Notes: generated by a model not told the origin, from the sequence alone. Numbered from the stretch's first letter, positions 28,185-39,600 are shown. The stretch: 64,000 nucleotides of DNA from Patescibacteria group bacterium (GCA_041670805.1 JBAXYM010000002.1:1309-65308); one strand, 5' to 3'. A program made the numbers and translations.

Positions 28185-29252
28185 TTATTTCAGGCGATAG
28201 ACTTTGTTGGGGAGTTTCTCAAAATTTTTCTTGTTCTGCAAGTTGAGAATGATCGTGTTTCTCTTGACCTGCCTTCTTCCCATAACTTCTTTGACGATTT
28301 CCTCCTGATCCATTGTCCCGCCCTTTTCTCTCATTACTTCCATTATAACATCAAGTACCACTCCAGGTCTATATCCCCATTCTTTGAGAGCGTAAATTCC
28401 GCGTCCGATCAGCACAAACCGTCCGTCCTTGATAACCTCATTGTGAACGGTCTGATTGTTGGTCTGCTTCTTGCTTGTCCAAAAGCTGTTGATTCTTTCG
28501 GTAATATCCGTAAAATGCAACGGCTTGTCTTCCCGCTTGAGCGCGAGATATGCCTTGTCCTTGACGCTCTTGGGATTGATGTGCGGCCATTTGTGATGCC
28601 CCCACTGTCCGAGAATATTTTCCAGCACCAATTTGTTTACATCCAAATAAGAACGGATCGACTCGTGAGAAAATTCATTGACCCCTTCCTTCTTCACGCT
28701 CTTTTGCGCCAGCACCACCAGATCGTCAAAGCTCAGACTCTTCTTGGTTTCCCGAAAATAATCTTCCAAAATCTCCAAAGTCTTTTCAAAAAGTTCCACG
28801 CCGCTTACTTCGTAGAAATAGAATTTTTTGTGGCTCGGGCTCTCTTTGGATTTTTTGATCGAATCGTCCAAATCCAAAAGCAAAACCACAATCTGCTTGT
28901 TCAGATCCTTGTCACCTTCCGCAAAAAGATTTTTAACTAATTTGTCTTCCCCCACCAATCCACCGCTTTCCTCGATGATTTTCTTCACATAATCAAAGAC
29001 TCTCTCCAAATCATATTTCCCGACGCTCGCCTTGAGCTTGGCAACCGATTCCGTTTCAATCTGTCTCACTCTCTCGCGCGTAATGTCGTAGTCCTTGCCG
29101 ATACTGTCCAGCGTCTGCGCGCCCTCTCCGTTCAGATTGTATCTTTTAATGATTATATTGCGTTGTCTGTCGTTCAATATTTTGAGCATTTCAAAAACCA
29201 GTTTGTTAAGGTCGACGTTTAAATCGCCTCTTTCTTCTAATTTCTTGTTCAT
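28185..29252 (-). CDS. Sigma70 region-4 HTH plus HARE-HTH (RNAP delta-like) protein
   Basis: TLDSIGKDYDITRERVRQIE; PLHFTDI...TVHNEVI..FVLIGRGIYALKEWG; likely start MNKKLE. Confidence 0.82.
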   Translation of the reverse strand: MNKKLEERGDLNVDLNKLVFEMLKILNDRQRNIIIKRYNLNGEGAQTLDSIGKDYDITRERVRQIETESVAKLKASVGKYDLERVFDYVKKIIEESGGLVGEDKLVKNLFAEGDKDLNKQIVVLLLDLDDSIKKSKESPSHKKFYFYEVSGVELFEKTLEILEDYFRETKKSLSFDDLVVLAQKSVKKEGVNEFSHESIRSYLDVNKLVLENILGQWGHHKWPHINPKSVKDKAYLALKREDKPLHFTDITERINSFWTSKKQTNNQTVHNEVIKDGRFVLIGRGIYALKEWGYRPGVVLDVIMEVMREKGGTMDQEEIVKEVMGRRQVKRNTIILNLQNKKNFEKLPNKVYRLK

Positions 29253-29298
29253 ATTATTTGTATAAGTTAACCCAATCTGCAAAAAATAGCACTGCCAT

Positions 29299-29327
29299 AA
29301 TATATCACGATTAAAAAGGCGTGTCAA
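29299..29327 (-). promoter_or_regulatory. Sigma70-type promoter
   Basis: TTGACA-N17-TATATT. Confidence 0.65.
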
Positions 29328-29361
29328 GATCTTGGGCTGAACATTTGTTATTATTTGTATC

Positions 29362-29403
29362 TGTCATTCCGGAATTTCGTTTCGTCGAAATATCCGGAAT
29401 CCC
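29362..29403. repeat. Family B arm, with a degenerate C-like arm near 29454
   Basis: TGTCATTCCGGAATTTCG...CGAAATATCCGGAATCCC. Confidence 0.85.
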
Positions 29404-29578
29404 CGTGCCATACAAGACCAATCCTCGACTTGTTGTCTCTCGCCACCGACTTTGTCATCCCGAAAGGCGTACTCGCTTGATAAATCCGAGAAATATGCAA
29501 GACTCTGTCAAGCTGGATCTTGAACCCCCCGTATCAAGCTGCCTAAACACCATTCCCGATATAAACCTCCATTTTTTT

Positions 29579-29810
29579 GCGGGAGCAGGTTTAAACCTGC
29601 TCCCTATGATTTTATTTCAAGACCGGCGATGTTTGTTTCTAACTGCCCATGCTGCTTTGTTACGATTAAATCAATAATAAAACATTCCGAAGCTTAAAAC
29701 CCTATGGAGCGGGTAAATACCCGCTCCCGCAAATACGGACACAAAAAAACAGCGGACCCGAAAATCCGCTATTTTTATCCTATACGCGGGAGCAGGTTTG
29801 AACCTGCTCC
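29579..29810. repeat. Three family E palindromes (29579-29604, 29706-29730, 29786-29810)
   Basis: GCGGGAGCAGGTTTAAACCTGCTCC and the variant GGAGCGGGTAAATACCCGCTCCCGC, in alternating orientation. Confidence 0.88.
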
Positions 29811-29897
29811 TTAATAAACACCTTCAAACTTTCACTTGAAGGCTTTTCCAAAACCGCAAAGGTTTGTGGGCTTGAAAAAAGTTAAGAAAAGAGTATT

Positions 29898-30284
29898 TTA
29901 CTCTTTTCTTTTTGGTTTTATAAGCATTTGGTCTATTCCCCAAAGATAGACCATCATTACCGATGCGCCAAGGACGGAGACAACTTTCCCGAGAAAAGGC
30001 ATCGACATGACCGCAACGATTTGTATTACCGTTGCTAATGTGAAAATCAAAGTCACATTCCACGCTACCTCTTTTCTGATGTTAGCTCTTTTTTCTTTTT
30101 CGAAGAGAAGCATGTCCATCAGGCAAAGAACGCTTTCAAGAAGTGCTGTCAGAATTATCGAATTTAGGATAATCCTGTTCACGATAATAATTTCTACCTC
30201 AAGCATGTAACCGGCCATATATAACAAGGCCGCAACACAAAAAACAAAAGCTACAAATTTTGGGATTCTTTTTATCATTGTCAT
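29898..30284 (-). CDS. Hypothetical 4-TM membrane protein
   Basis: Hydrophobic 128 aa ORF preceded by a GGAAGGAG SD. Confidence 0.7.
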   Translation of the reverse strand: MTMIKRIPKFVAFVFCVAALLYMAGYMLEVEIIIVNRIILNSIILTALLESVLCLMDMLLFEKEKRANIRKEVAWNVTLIFTLATVIQIVAVMSMPFLGKVVSVLGASVMMVYLWGIDQMLIKPKRKE

Positions 30285-30571
30285 ATAGATTTCTCCTTCC
30301 TCGGGTCATCTACTTTTCTAAATTTTACAACCCAAGATTAGCCTTACTGCAAAAACACCGTCTCTGCAGCGACTAAATTATAATTAAGCCGTTGCAGAGC
30401 GCCTTTTGTTTTTATTATTTTTTTCAAAGAACCCTCTTCATAATCCGGAGAGGACAGCAAAGGCGATTTTATGTTTCTGACAGATAAGTAGGAACTGTAA
30501 TATAATTTATGTCCTGTCCGATCAGATTCTCTCTCCTTTGCAATTCTCGCCGGTTTATATCATAAGAACGC

Positions 30572-30679
30572 GGAGTAGCATGGCTTTAGCCTGCGCTGCT
30601 ATCCAATGCGGACAGAGCAAACGTATGCGATGCATCTCTTGGCTTGGGACAACCGCGCAGGCTAAAGTCATGCTACTCC
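30572..30679. repeat. Family D GTAG-tagged REP doublet
   Basis: GGAGTAGCATGGCTTTAGCCTGCGC...GCGCAGGCTAAAGTCATGCTACTCC. Confidence 0.93.
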
Positions 30680-30776
30680 ATTGCCATAACAATAAAGAAT
30701 GCGGCACTATTTTTCATTTATGACTCGTCAGCATAGCATGGTATTCGTTATCTGTCAAGTATTTTTCTCGCAACCC

Positions 30777-30805
30777 TTGACTTCTTGCTAAAAATCAACT
30801 AGAAT
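30777..30805 (+). promoter_or_regulatory. atp operon promoter
   Basis: TTGACT-N17-TAGAAT, 40 nt before atpB. Confidence 0.7.
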
Positions 30806-30845
30806 GGGTCTGTTGTCATTAAGTAAGTAAAGTAAAACGGAAGAA

Positions 30846-31589
30846 ATGGAAATTTCCATCGCGGCAGAAACAGTCACTCATATATTGGGAATACCGGTTA
30901 CGAATTCCCTGCTGGCTTCGCTGCTCACCACGGTAGTGCTGGTAACCATAAGCTATTTTGCCACCAAAAATCTAAAGGAAGTCCCGAAAGGCATTCAAAA
31001 TATCATAGAGTACGCAGTCGAAAGTCTTTACAATATGATTCAGGACGTGACAAGAGACAAGAAAAAGACTTACAAGTTCTTTCCTTTCGTAGCCACGATT
31101 TTTTTGTTTGTGATGACTTCCAACTGGATGGGGCTTTTGCCGGGATTTTCCACGATAGGCGTCAAAGAAGAAACGGCGGGCGGACACGAGATTGTGGTCG
31201 GATTTTTCCGATCCGCCAACAGCGATCTCAATTCCACCATAGCGCTGGCGGTCGTTTCGGTGCTGTCAATCCAGATTATGGGAATTGCGATGTTAGGCTT
31301 TGCGAAATATGGCAAAAAGTTTATCAACTTGAGCTCCCCTATCGCTTTTTTCATCGGCATTCTGGAAATTATCAGCGAGGTTGCCAAGATGATTTCTTTT
31401 TCGTTCAGGCTTTTCGGAAATATATTCGCCGGCGAGGTTTTGCTTACCGTTATAATGACTATCGCGCCTTTCATTGCGCCGGTGCCGTTTTTCGCGCTGG
31501 AACTCTTCGTGGGAGCGATTCAGGCTTTGGTGTTCGCGATGCTCCTGCTCGTCTTTATGAATACGGCGACGATGTCGGAAGAGCACTAA
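30846..31589 (+). CDS. atpB: F0F1 ATP synthase subunit a
   Basis: SFSFRLFGNIFAGE, IQALVF. Confidence 0.96.
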   Translation: MEISIAAETVTHILGIPVTNSLLASLLTTVVLVTISYFATKNLKEVPKGIQNIIEYAVESLYNMIQDVTRDKKKTYKFFPFVATIFLFVMTSNWMGLLPGFSTIGVKEETAGGHEIVVGFFRSANSDLNSTIALAVVSVLSIQIMGIAMLGFAKYGKKFINLSSPIAFFIGILEIISEVAKMISFSFRLFGNIFAGEVLLTVIMTIAPFIAPVPFFALELFVGAIQALVFAMLLLVFMNTATMSEEH

Positions 31590-31650
31590 ATCAAAAAACT
31601 AATAGATTTATATATAGTTTAAGTTAATTAATTTTATCAAAAGAAAAAAT

Positions 31651-31884
31651 ATGGAACTAACGAAAGAATCACTGCAGATCATTTTCGCGTCAGCAACAAT
31701 CGTCATCGGTGCTATCGCTCCGGCAATGGCTATTGGAAAAATCGGTACCGCCGGATTGGAAGCAATCGGACGCAACCCGGAAGCGGCCGGAGATGTAAAA
31801 GGAACTATGATCTTGGCAGTAGCTTTTGCGGAAGCAATCGCTATCTATGCTTTGGTGGTAGCTCTTATCATCAAGTTTGTATAA
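31651..31884 (+). CDS. atpE: F0F1 ATP synthase subunit c
   Basis: RNPE loop, FAEAIAIY. Confidence 0.96.
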   Translation: MELTKESLQIIFASATIVIGAIAPAMAIGKIGTAGLEAIGRNPEAAGDVKGTMILAVAFAEAIAIYALVVALIIKFV

Positions 31885-31981
31885 TAAACCGGGGCTTGTC
31901 CCCCTTTTATGTTAGAACATATATTTATGTTCTAAATAAGCGACAAACCGTTATTAATGAGCGAAGCGGAAATCTAATTGA

Positions 31982-32097
31982 TGTCGTCCCGGAATTTGCG
32001 CAGCAAATATCCGGGATCCCCGACATGTAAGATAAAACTTTATTGGCTTAGTAGCGGGATTCCGGATATTTCGCAGTAGCGAAATTCCGGAATGACA
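31982..32097. repeat. Family B doublet between atpE and atpF
   Basis: TGTCGTCCCGGAATTTGCGCAGC... / ...GAAATTCCGGAATGACA. Confidence 0.88.
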
Positions 32098-32152
32098 CCT
32101 TTTTTGTCGCTGATTCGGAATATAAAAATTAATAATTTAAAAGATAAAGACT

Positions 32153-32653
32153 ATGGCATCGGAGATATTTAGCAAGCTGGGAATCAACGGGGCTCTTTTG
32201 ATTTCGCAAATTGTCAATTTCGTTCTTCTTATAATTCTTCTCAAAAAATACGCCTACGGTCCGGTTTTGAAGATACTCAACGACCGCGCGGAGAAAATCG
32301 AGAGGAGCCTCAAGGAAGCGAAAAAAATCGAAGAGGAGCTCAAGAACACCGAAGAAACCAAAGTGGCGGAGATAAGAAAAGCTAAGGAAGAAGCGGCGGA
32401 AATCGTCAAGAAGTCCTACGACGTTGCGCAGGCAAATGCCGAGAAAGCCATCGACGAAACTCGCAAGAAGACGCAGGAAATCGTTGCCAAGGCGAAGGAA
32501 GAAATTCAAGACGAAAAAGAAAAATCCGTAAAAGAAGCCGAGAAAGAAATCGCCGACTTGGCCATCCAAATTGCGGAGAAAATCATCCGCAAAAACTTGG
32601 ACGGCGCCGTCGAGAAAAAGCTGGCGGAAGAGACTTTGTCCAAGATAAAATAG
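32153..32653 (+). CDS. atpF: F0F1 ATP synthase subunit b
   Basis: QIVNFVLL TM plus coiled coil; operon position. Confidence 0.93.
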   Translation: MASEIFSKLGINGALLISQIVNFVLLIILLKKYAYGPVLKILNDRAEKIERSLKEAKKIEEELKNTEETKVAEIRKAKEEAAEIVKKSYDVAQANAEKAIDETRKKTQEIVAKAKEEIQDEKEKSVKEAEKEIADLAIQIAEKIIRKNLDGAVEKKLAEETLSKIK

Positions 32654-32659
32654 AAACTT

Positions 32660-33046
32660 ATGAAGATAACACCCAAACAATACGCCATCAGCCTCTTTGA
32701 GATTACCAGAGGCGCGAGCAAAGAAGAATCATCCGAGCTGATAAAAAGTTTCGTAGACCTCCTGCGCTTCAATAACAATCTTTCCATGGAGAAAAAAATT
32801 ATTGAAGAGTATCAAACTTACTGCCGCAAGCAAAAAGGAATTTCCAAGGTGAAAATCAGCAGCGGGGAAAAGCTGAGCCCGGAAATCGTGAGCGACATCG
32901 TTAACCGCTTCGCCGGACAGGTGGAACTCGAAGAGGAAGTGGATCCGGATCTCATCGGCGGCATCGCGGTCGTAATCAACGACGACACGCTGATTGATGG
33001 CAGCATCAGGAAAAAGCTGGCGGATATGAAGCAGACCATAAGTTAG
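32660..33046 (+). CDS. atpH: F0F1 ATP synthase subunit delta (short form)
   Basis: [22 protein letters not shown]. Confidence 0.88.
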   Translation: MKITPKQYAISLFEITRGASKEESSELIKSFVDLLRFNNNLSMEKKIIEEYQTYCRKQKGISKVKISSGEKLSPEIVSDIVNRFAGQVELEEEVDPDLIGGIAVVINDDTLIDGSIRKKLADMKQTIS

Positions 33047-33075
33047 ATTTAAATATTTATAAAATAAAAGAATAT

Positions 33076-34608
33076 ATGAACAGCTATATCATAGAAAATC
33101 TCAAGAAGCAGATCGCCGGAGCCAAGACGGAATCCCAAGTGGAAAAAGTCGGCAAGGTCATCAAAATCGGAGACGGGGTCGCCACTCTGAACGGCATCAG
33201 CGAAGTTATGAGCGGCGAGCTTTTGGAATTTTCAAACGGCGTTGCCGGCGTGGCACTGAACTTGGAAGAAGACGGGGTCGGTGTTATGATTATGGGAGAT
33301 TACAAGAAAATCAAGGAAGGCGACGTGGCGAAAAGCACCGGCAGGATTTTGGAAGTACCGGTGGGAGAGGCTATGGTAGGACGGGTAGTGAACGCTCTCG
33401 GGGAACCGATAGACGGGCTGGGAGAGATCAAGACGGATAAATTTTATCCGGTGGAAAAGATTGCGCCGCGCGTTATCACCAGAAAATCCGTAGACACTCC
33501 GCTTCAAACCGGAATCAAGGCCATCGATTCGATGATACCGATCGGGAAAGGACAGCGTGAACTCATTATCGGTGACCGCCAGATCGGAAAAACCGCCATC
33601 GCTATCGACACGATTATCAATCAAAAGGGCAAGGACGTGACCTGTATCTATGTCGCTATCGGACAGAAAGAATCCAAGATTGCCAAAATCGTCACCAAGC
33701 TCAAGGAGGCGGGCGCGATGGAACATACCATCATCGTGCTGGCAGGCGCTTCCGACTCGGCGGCTATGTCATACATCGCTCCTTACGCCGGATGCGCGAT
33801 GGGAGAATATTTTATGGACAAAGGCAAGGACGCACTTATCATTTACGACGATCTCACCAAACACGCGCAAGCTTACCGCCAGATATCGCTGATTCTCAGA
33901 AGACCGCCGGGACGCGAAGCTTACCCGGGAGATGTTTTCTATCTTCACTCAAGACTCTTGGAGCGCGCCGCCAAGCTGGATGAAAAATACGGAGGCGGAT
34001 CATTGACCGCGCTGCCTATCATCGAGACGCAGGCGGGAGACGTGAGTGCCTACATTCCGACCAACGTAATTTCCATTACGGACGGGCAAATCTTTTTGGA
34101 AACCGACCTCTTCTATCAAGGCATCAGACCGGCTATCAACCCGGGCATCTCGGTGTCTCGCGTCGGTTCCGCCGCCCAGACCAAAGCGATGAAGAAAGTC
34201 GCAGGCAAACTGCGATTGGAGTTGGCGCAATTCCGTGAAATGGCCGCTTTCGCACAATTTTCCTCCGATCTCGATAAAGAAACCAAAAGCAAGATCGACA
34301 GAGGAATGCGACTTACGGAAGTGCTCAAGCAAGACCAATACTCCCCTCTCTCCATTTCCCAGCAAGTAACAATAGTCTTCGCAACCATCAACGGTTTCTT
34401 GAACGAAGTAAAAGTGGAAGACGTGCGAAAATTCGAGGCGGAACTCCTGACATACGTCGGCGAGCAAAAGGCTGAAATTTTTGAAAATATCGAGAAAGAA
34501 CAAACCATTTCCGAAGACACCGACAAGATGCTGCGCGAAACTATCGAGGATTTCAAAAATTCTTTCTTGGACCAAAATGCACCGGAGAAACCGGAAGAGA
34601 AAAAGTAA
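33076..34608 (+). CDS. atpA: F0F1 ATP synthase subunit alpha
   Basis: [20 protein letters not shown]. Confidence 0.98.
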   Translation: MNSYIIENLKKQIAGAKTESQVEKVGKVIKIGDGVATLNGISEVMSGELLEFSNGVAGVALNLEEDGVGVMIMGDYKKIKEGDVAKSTGRILEVPVGEAMVGRVVNALGEPIDGLGEIKTDKFYPVEKIAPRVITRKSVDTPLQTGIKAIDSMIPIGKGQRELIIGDRQIGKTAIAIDTIINQKGKDVTCIYVAIGQKESKIAKIVTKLKEAGAMEHTIIVLAGASDSAAMSYIAPYAGCAMGEYFMDKGKDALIIYDDLTKHAQAYRQISLILRRPPGREAYPGDVFYLHSRLLERAAKLDEKYGGGSLTALPIIETQAGDVSAYIPTNVISITDGQIFLETDLFYQGIRPAINPGISVSRVGSAAQTKAMKKVAGKLRLELAQFREMAAFAQFSSDLDKETKSKIDRGMRLTEVLKQDQYSPLSISQQVTIVFATINGFLNEVKVEDVRKFEAELLTYVGEQKAEIFENIEKEQTISEDTDKMLRETIEDFKNSFLDQNAPEKPEEKK

Positions 34609-34613
34609 ATCTT

Positions 34614-34652
34614 TGTCATCCTGAGCGGAGCGGAGCGCAGTCGAAGGATCCC
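34614..34652. repeat. TGTC-tagged palindrome (family K; relatives at 52729-52767 and 54004-54136)
   Basis: TGTCATCCTGAGCGGAGCGGAGCGCAGTCGAAGGATCCC. Confidence 0.75.
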
Positions 34653-34777
34653 TTCACTATCGCCCAAACCCATAATGGCATCGTAGTTCTACCGAGTAAT
34701 AGAAACTTCTCCTAACGTCGGACAAAAAAGTCTGCGTATTAAAACCATAAACAGACCCCAAGCAATAAGTTAATTCT

Positions 34778-35680
34778 ATGCAATCGACCCGAATTATAAA
34801 AAGACAAATCCAGTCTACCAAAAACATCGCCAAGATCACCAAAGCGATGCAGATGGTTTCGGCTGCCAAAATGAGGAAAAGCCAAACGGCGGCGCTTATC
34901 GCCCGACCTTATGCGGAAGCGGCGCTCAAACTTCTGGGCAACGTCAGCAATTCCTTGGAATCGCAAAAGGACTATCCCCTCACCCATAAGCGCGAAGTCA
35001 AAAAGCTTTGCCTCATGGTCATCACTTCCGACAAAGGGTTGTGCGGAGGACTTAACAGCTCGGTGCTCAAAGAAGCGAATAGAATCATTGCGGAAAATCA
35101 AGATAAAGAAATCTGCCTGGTCACTATCGGCAAGAAAGCGGAAAAATTCTTCCGCGGCAAGCAGAACATCGTCGCCATTTTTGACGGCATCGGCGATACA
35201 GTGGAATTGATGGAAACTTTGCCCATCTCGCGCCTTCTGATGAAAGATTTTTTGGCGGAAGATTACGACAAGGTCATTGCCGTCTACACCAACTTTGTTT
35301 CTACACTCAAGCAGACCGTGGAAACAAGGGCATTGCTCCCTATCAGCCAAAAGAGCATCAAGAAAACGATTGATGAACTGGGAGAAGACGAAATCGGACG
35401 TACGAAGAAAATGAAAGACGCGACGGAATATGTTTTCGAGCCGTCGCCGGAAGAAGTCCTCAAAAAACTTCTGCCGAATCTGGTAGAGACGCAAGTTTTC
35501 CACATAGTTTTGGAATCCAATGCCTCCGAGCACAGCGCGCGTATGGTGGCAATGAAAAACTCCACCGACAGCGCGCGGGATTTGCTGGAAGATCTCCAAC
35601 TTTATTACAACAGCGCGAGACAAGGGAAGATTACGCAAGAAATGACAGAAATTGCAGCAGGAGTTGCGGCGCAAGAATAA
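34778..35680 (+). CDS. atpG: F0F1 ATP synthase subunit gamma
   Basis: ITKAMQMVSAAK, SDKGLCGG, SEHSARMVAM, RQGKITQE. Confidence 0.97.
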   Translation: MQSTRIIKRQIQSTKNIAKITKAMQMVSAAKMRKSQTAALIARPYAEAALKLLGNVSNSLESQKDYPLTHKREVKKLCLMVITSDKGLCGGLNSSVLKEANRIIAENQDKEICLVTIGKKAEKFFRGKQNIVAIFDGIGDTVELMETLPISRLLMKDFLAEDYDKVIAVYTNFVSTLKQTVETRALLPISQKSIKKTIDELGEDEIGRTKKMKDATEYVFEPSPEEVLKKLLPNLVETQVFHIVLESNASEHSARMVAMKNSTDSARDLLEDLQLYYNSARQGKITQEMTEIAAGVAAQE

Positions 35681-35756
35681 AATTAGGATATTTGTCTTTC
35701 TGTGGGGTTCCTCTTCCTCATAATAGGGGAATCCGATCAGGGAAATAAACCGCTAT

Positions 35757-35896
35757 TGTCATCTCGAAGGAGTACTCGACTGAGAGATCTGGGAATTGCA
35801 CGCAAACTGGAAAGGTTCAATATGAAGACTTAAACTTTTCGCCATTCCGTACATTCCCCAGATTTCTCAATCGGAGTACCTCATTTCGAAATGACA
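35757..35896. repeat. Family C doublet between atpG and atpD
   Basis: Arms nearly identical to 9184-9321; different spacer. Confidence 0.92.
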
Positions 35897-35963
35897 AATA
35901 GAAATTTGATTTCAATAAAGCACGTTAAAAATTTAGAGATTGAGTTTTGGAATAAAAAAGGAG

Positions 35964-36113
35964 GTGATAAAAATCACAGGCGAGCACATAAAAGAAACAA
36001 GGGAAGATTTAAAATTCAGGAGATTCTATTATAAAGACCTAGCTCTCCACAACGGAAAAACTGTTTTGGAAAAGCTAGAATATTTAATCAGATATTTTTT
36101 AAGTTTTTTCTAA
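35964..36113 (+). other. Small ORF (~46-49 codons) enclosed by a long inverted repeat; possible relic gene
   Basis: AAGGAGGTGA SD; frame (V)IKITGEHIKETREDLKFRRFYYKDLALHNGKTVLEKLEYLIRYFLSFF*; no ATG. Confidence 0.45.
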
Positions 36114-36187
36114 AAAATCTTCCCCAACTTTTTTTCCAAAACCCAATTTCTAAATTAAAATTTTACACATACATTAAACACTTATAG

Positions 36188-37573
<1,386 letters not shown>

Positions 37574-37635
37574 TTTGGAACCTGCCTCTGTCGTTTGCGA
37601 GGAACAATGACGAATATAGAGTTTAAAATAAAATT

Positions 37636-38058
37636 ATGAAAATAGATTTACAAGTAGTCACTCCGGAAAAAATCGCCTTTGAGGGAGAAATCGATCAAAT
37701 CTCGCTTCCGACCAAGAATGGACAGATTACCATACTGCCCAAACATATTTCTTTGGTGAGCACCGTTAAGAGCGGCGAGCTCGTTATCAAAAACGGCGAA
37801 GAAGAAATCTTGATGGCGGTTTATGGCGGCTTTGTGGAAGTACGAAAAAATCAAGTACGGGTTATGACCGATGTCGCGGAAAGGGTGGATGAGATTGACG
37901 AAGAAAAAGCACAGAGGGCTCGCGACGAGGCGCAAAGAAAACTCCAAGAAAAAGACCGGATGGACGATGTTGACTTCGCCGACGCGGTAAGGCAACTGGA
38001 AAAATCTTTGGCTCTGCTGAAAGCCGTCAAGAACATAAAGCGAAGAGGGATAAAATAA
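37636..38058 (+). CDS. atpC: F0F1 ATP synthase subunit epsilon
   Basis: VVTPE, GQITILPKH, GGFVEV. Confidence 0.95.
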   Translation: MKIDLQVVTPEKIAFEGEIDQISLPTKNGQITILPKHISLVSTVKSGELVIKNGEEEILMAVYGGFVEVRKNQVRVMTDVAERVDEIDEEKAQRARDEAQRKLQEKDRMDDVDFADAVRQLEKSLALLKAVKNIKRRGIK

Positions 38059-38067
38059 GTTTTTAAG

Positions 38068-38967
38068 ATGAATCCAAAAACGGCGATTGTTTACGCAAGC
38101 GCGAAATTCAGAGAAAAAGGCATAACTTCCGCACCACTGGATGCGGAAGTTTTGCTATTGGAAGCGATTAACGGAGGCGAAAAAAACAGAAGCTGGCTGT
38201 ATCTTAATTTCGAAAAATATATTTTATCACGAGAAGAAGAAAAAACATTCAGAAGTTTCATCCGGCGCCGGGAAAGATATGAGCCGGTCGCCTACATCAT
38301 CCGCAAGAAAGAATTCTGTGGCTTCGATTTCTTCGTCGACAAGAATGTTTTAATCCCCCGCCCGGAAACTGAAATCATCGTGAGGGAAGTTTTGGACATT
38401 ATCAAAAATGCCGAGACGCCTCTCACACTGATCGATATCGGCACCGGCTCGGGATGCATTCCTGTCAGCATTCTCAAATCTTCCGACACTGACAAATCGT
38501 CTTCCAAAATAAGGAAAGTCTACGCCAACGATATTTCAGAAAAAGCTCTGGATATCGCAAAGATAAATGCCAAGAAGCACAGGGTATCTTCCCGAATGAC
38601 TTTTTTGAAATGCGATCTGGAAATCGCGCTGGAAAAAATCAAAGATTGCAAGAACTTGATCCTGACTGCCAACCTGCCCTACATCACTCCGGAAGATTAT
38701 GAAAAACTCAATGCGAACGTTAAAAATTTCGAGCCCAAAATCGCCCTGACAACGAAAGACAAAGGTCTCTACCACATTGCGCGACTTATCAAAAAATTCG
38801 GCGCCTTGAGTGCGAATATGAGTTCCTATCACATTTTCCTGGAAGCGGACCCGAAACAGATGAGAGGTATTGAAATTTTTACCAAGACAAATCTTCCAGA
38901 CGCAAACGTGGAAACAATCAAAGATTTGCGAGGCAAAAAAAGAGTGGCAAAGCTTTGGAAAAGATAA
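38068..38967 (+). CDS. prmC: Release factor glutamine methyltransferase
   Basis: VLIPRPETE, DIGTGSG, ANLPY. Confidence 0.93.
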   Translation: MNPKTAIVYASAKFREKGITSAPLDAEVLLLEAINGGEKNRSWLYLNFEKYILSREEEKTFRSFIRRRERYEPVAYIIRKKEFCGFDFFVDKNVLIPRPETEIIVREVLDIIKNAETPLTLIDIGTGSGCIPVSILKSSDTDKSSSKIRKVYANDISEKALDIAKINAKKHRVSSRMTFLKCDLEIALEKIKDCKNLILTANLPYITPEDYEKLNANVKNFEPKIALTTKDKGLYHIARLIKKFGALSANMSSYHIFLEADPKQMRGIEIFTKTNLPDANVETIKDLRGKKRVAKLWKR

Positions 38968-39020
38968 AAGTGCATAAATTATACGATACAAAATTCACAG
39001 ATCATATGCACTTTGCATGT

Positions 39021-39099
39021 GGACCACACCAGAAATGGTGTGAACTGCTGCATAAAAACGTCCTGTCCTGCGTTGTTCACACCATTTCCGGTGTGGTCC
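39021..39099. repeat. Family A REP doublet
   Basis: GGACCACACCAGAAATGGTGTGAA...GGTGTGGTCC. Confidence 0.95.
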
Positions 39100-39130
39100 G
39101 CAAACGTCCAACTCCGATTATTTCTGCCCT

Positions 39131-39171
39131 AAAATAAAACCAGCCGCTACGAGAGCGGTTGGTTTTATTTT
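39131..39171. terminator. Bidirectional terminator
   Basis: AAAATAAAACCAGCCGCT-ACGAG-AGCGGTTGGTTTTATTTT between convergent genes. Confidence 0.8.
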
Positions 39172-39192
39172 TGAAAGTTTTGTCCGGAAAAA

Positions 39193-39393
39193 TTACTTTT
39201 TCTTTGCAGCGACTTTCTTTTTTGCAGCCGGTTTCTTAGCAGCAACCTTCTTCACGGTCTTCTTCACGGCTTTCTTGACTGCAGGCTTCTTAGCAGCTAC
39301 CTTTTTCTTCGGAGCGGCTTTCTTTACAACTTTCTTGGCAGCTACTTTCTTCTTCGGAGCAGCTTTCTTGACTGTTGTCTTTTTTGTTACCAT
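39193..39393 (-). CDS. Histone H1-like Lys/Ala-rich protein
   Basis: Repeated KKAAPKKKVAAKK; strong AAAGGAGGTG SD; own terminator. Confidence 0.85.
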   Translation of the reverse strand: MVTKKTTVKKAAPKKKVAAKKVVKKAAPKKKVAAKKPAVKKAVKKTVKKVAAKKPAAKKKVAAKKK

Positions 39394-39600
39394 TTAAAAC
39401 ACCTCCTTTCTGTCTTTTTATTTCTTTAAGATAAAATTATCTTGAATGTTTTTACAAAAATGCAAAATGAAAATCAAATACAATTTAATTATACAACAAA
39501 AAAAATAACTTACAATATTTTGTCAAGACTTTCCATTATGAAAATATTATTTTTTATTTTTTTAAAAATTTTTGGAAAATATTTTTTGAAAAGAAAGAAT

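Noticed and set aside
30538-30723. Small ORFs with MALACA/RRLKP motifs (also at 40913, 43666, 48070, and the lgt N-terminal extension to 49086)
   Set aside because: Translations of family D repeats.
31651-31884. Na+-translocating or N-type ATPase
   Set aside because: Subunit c has E-A rather than the E-S/T Na+ signature, and gene order is standard BEFHAGDC.
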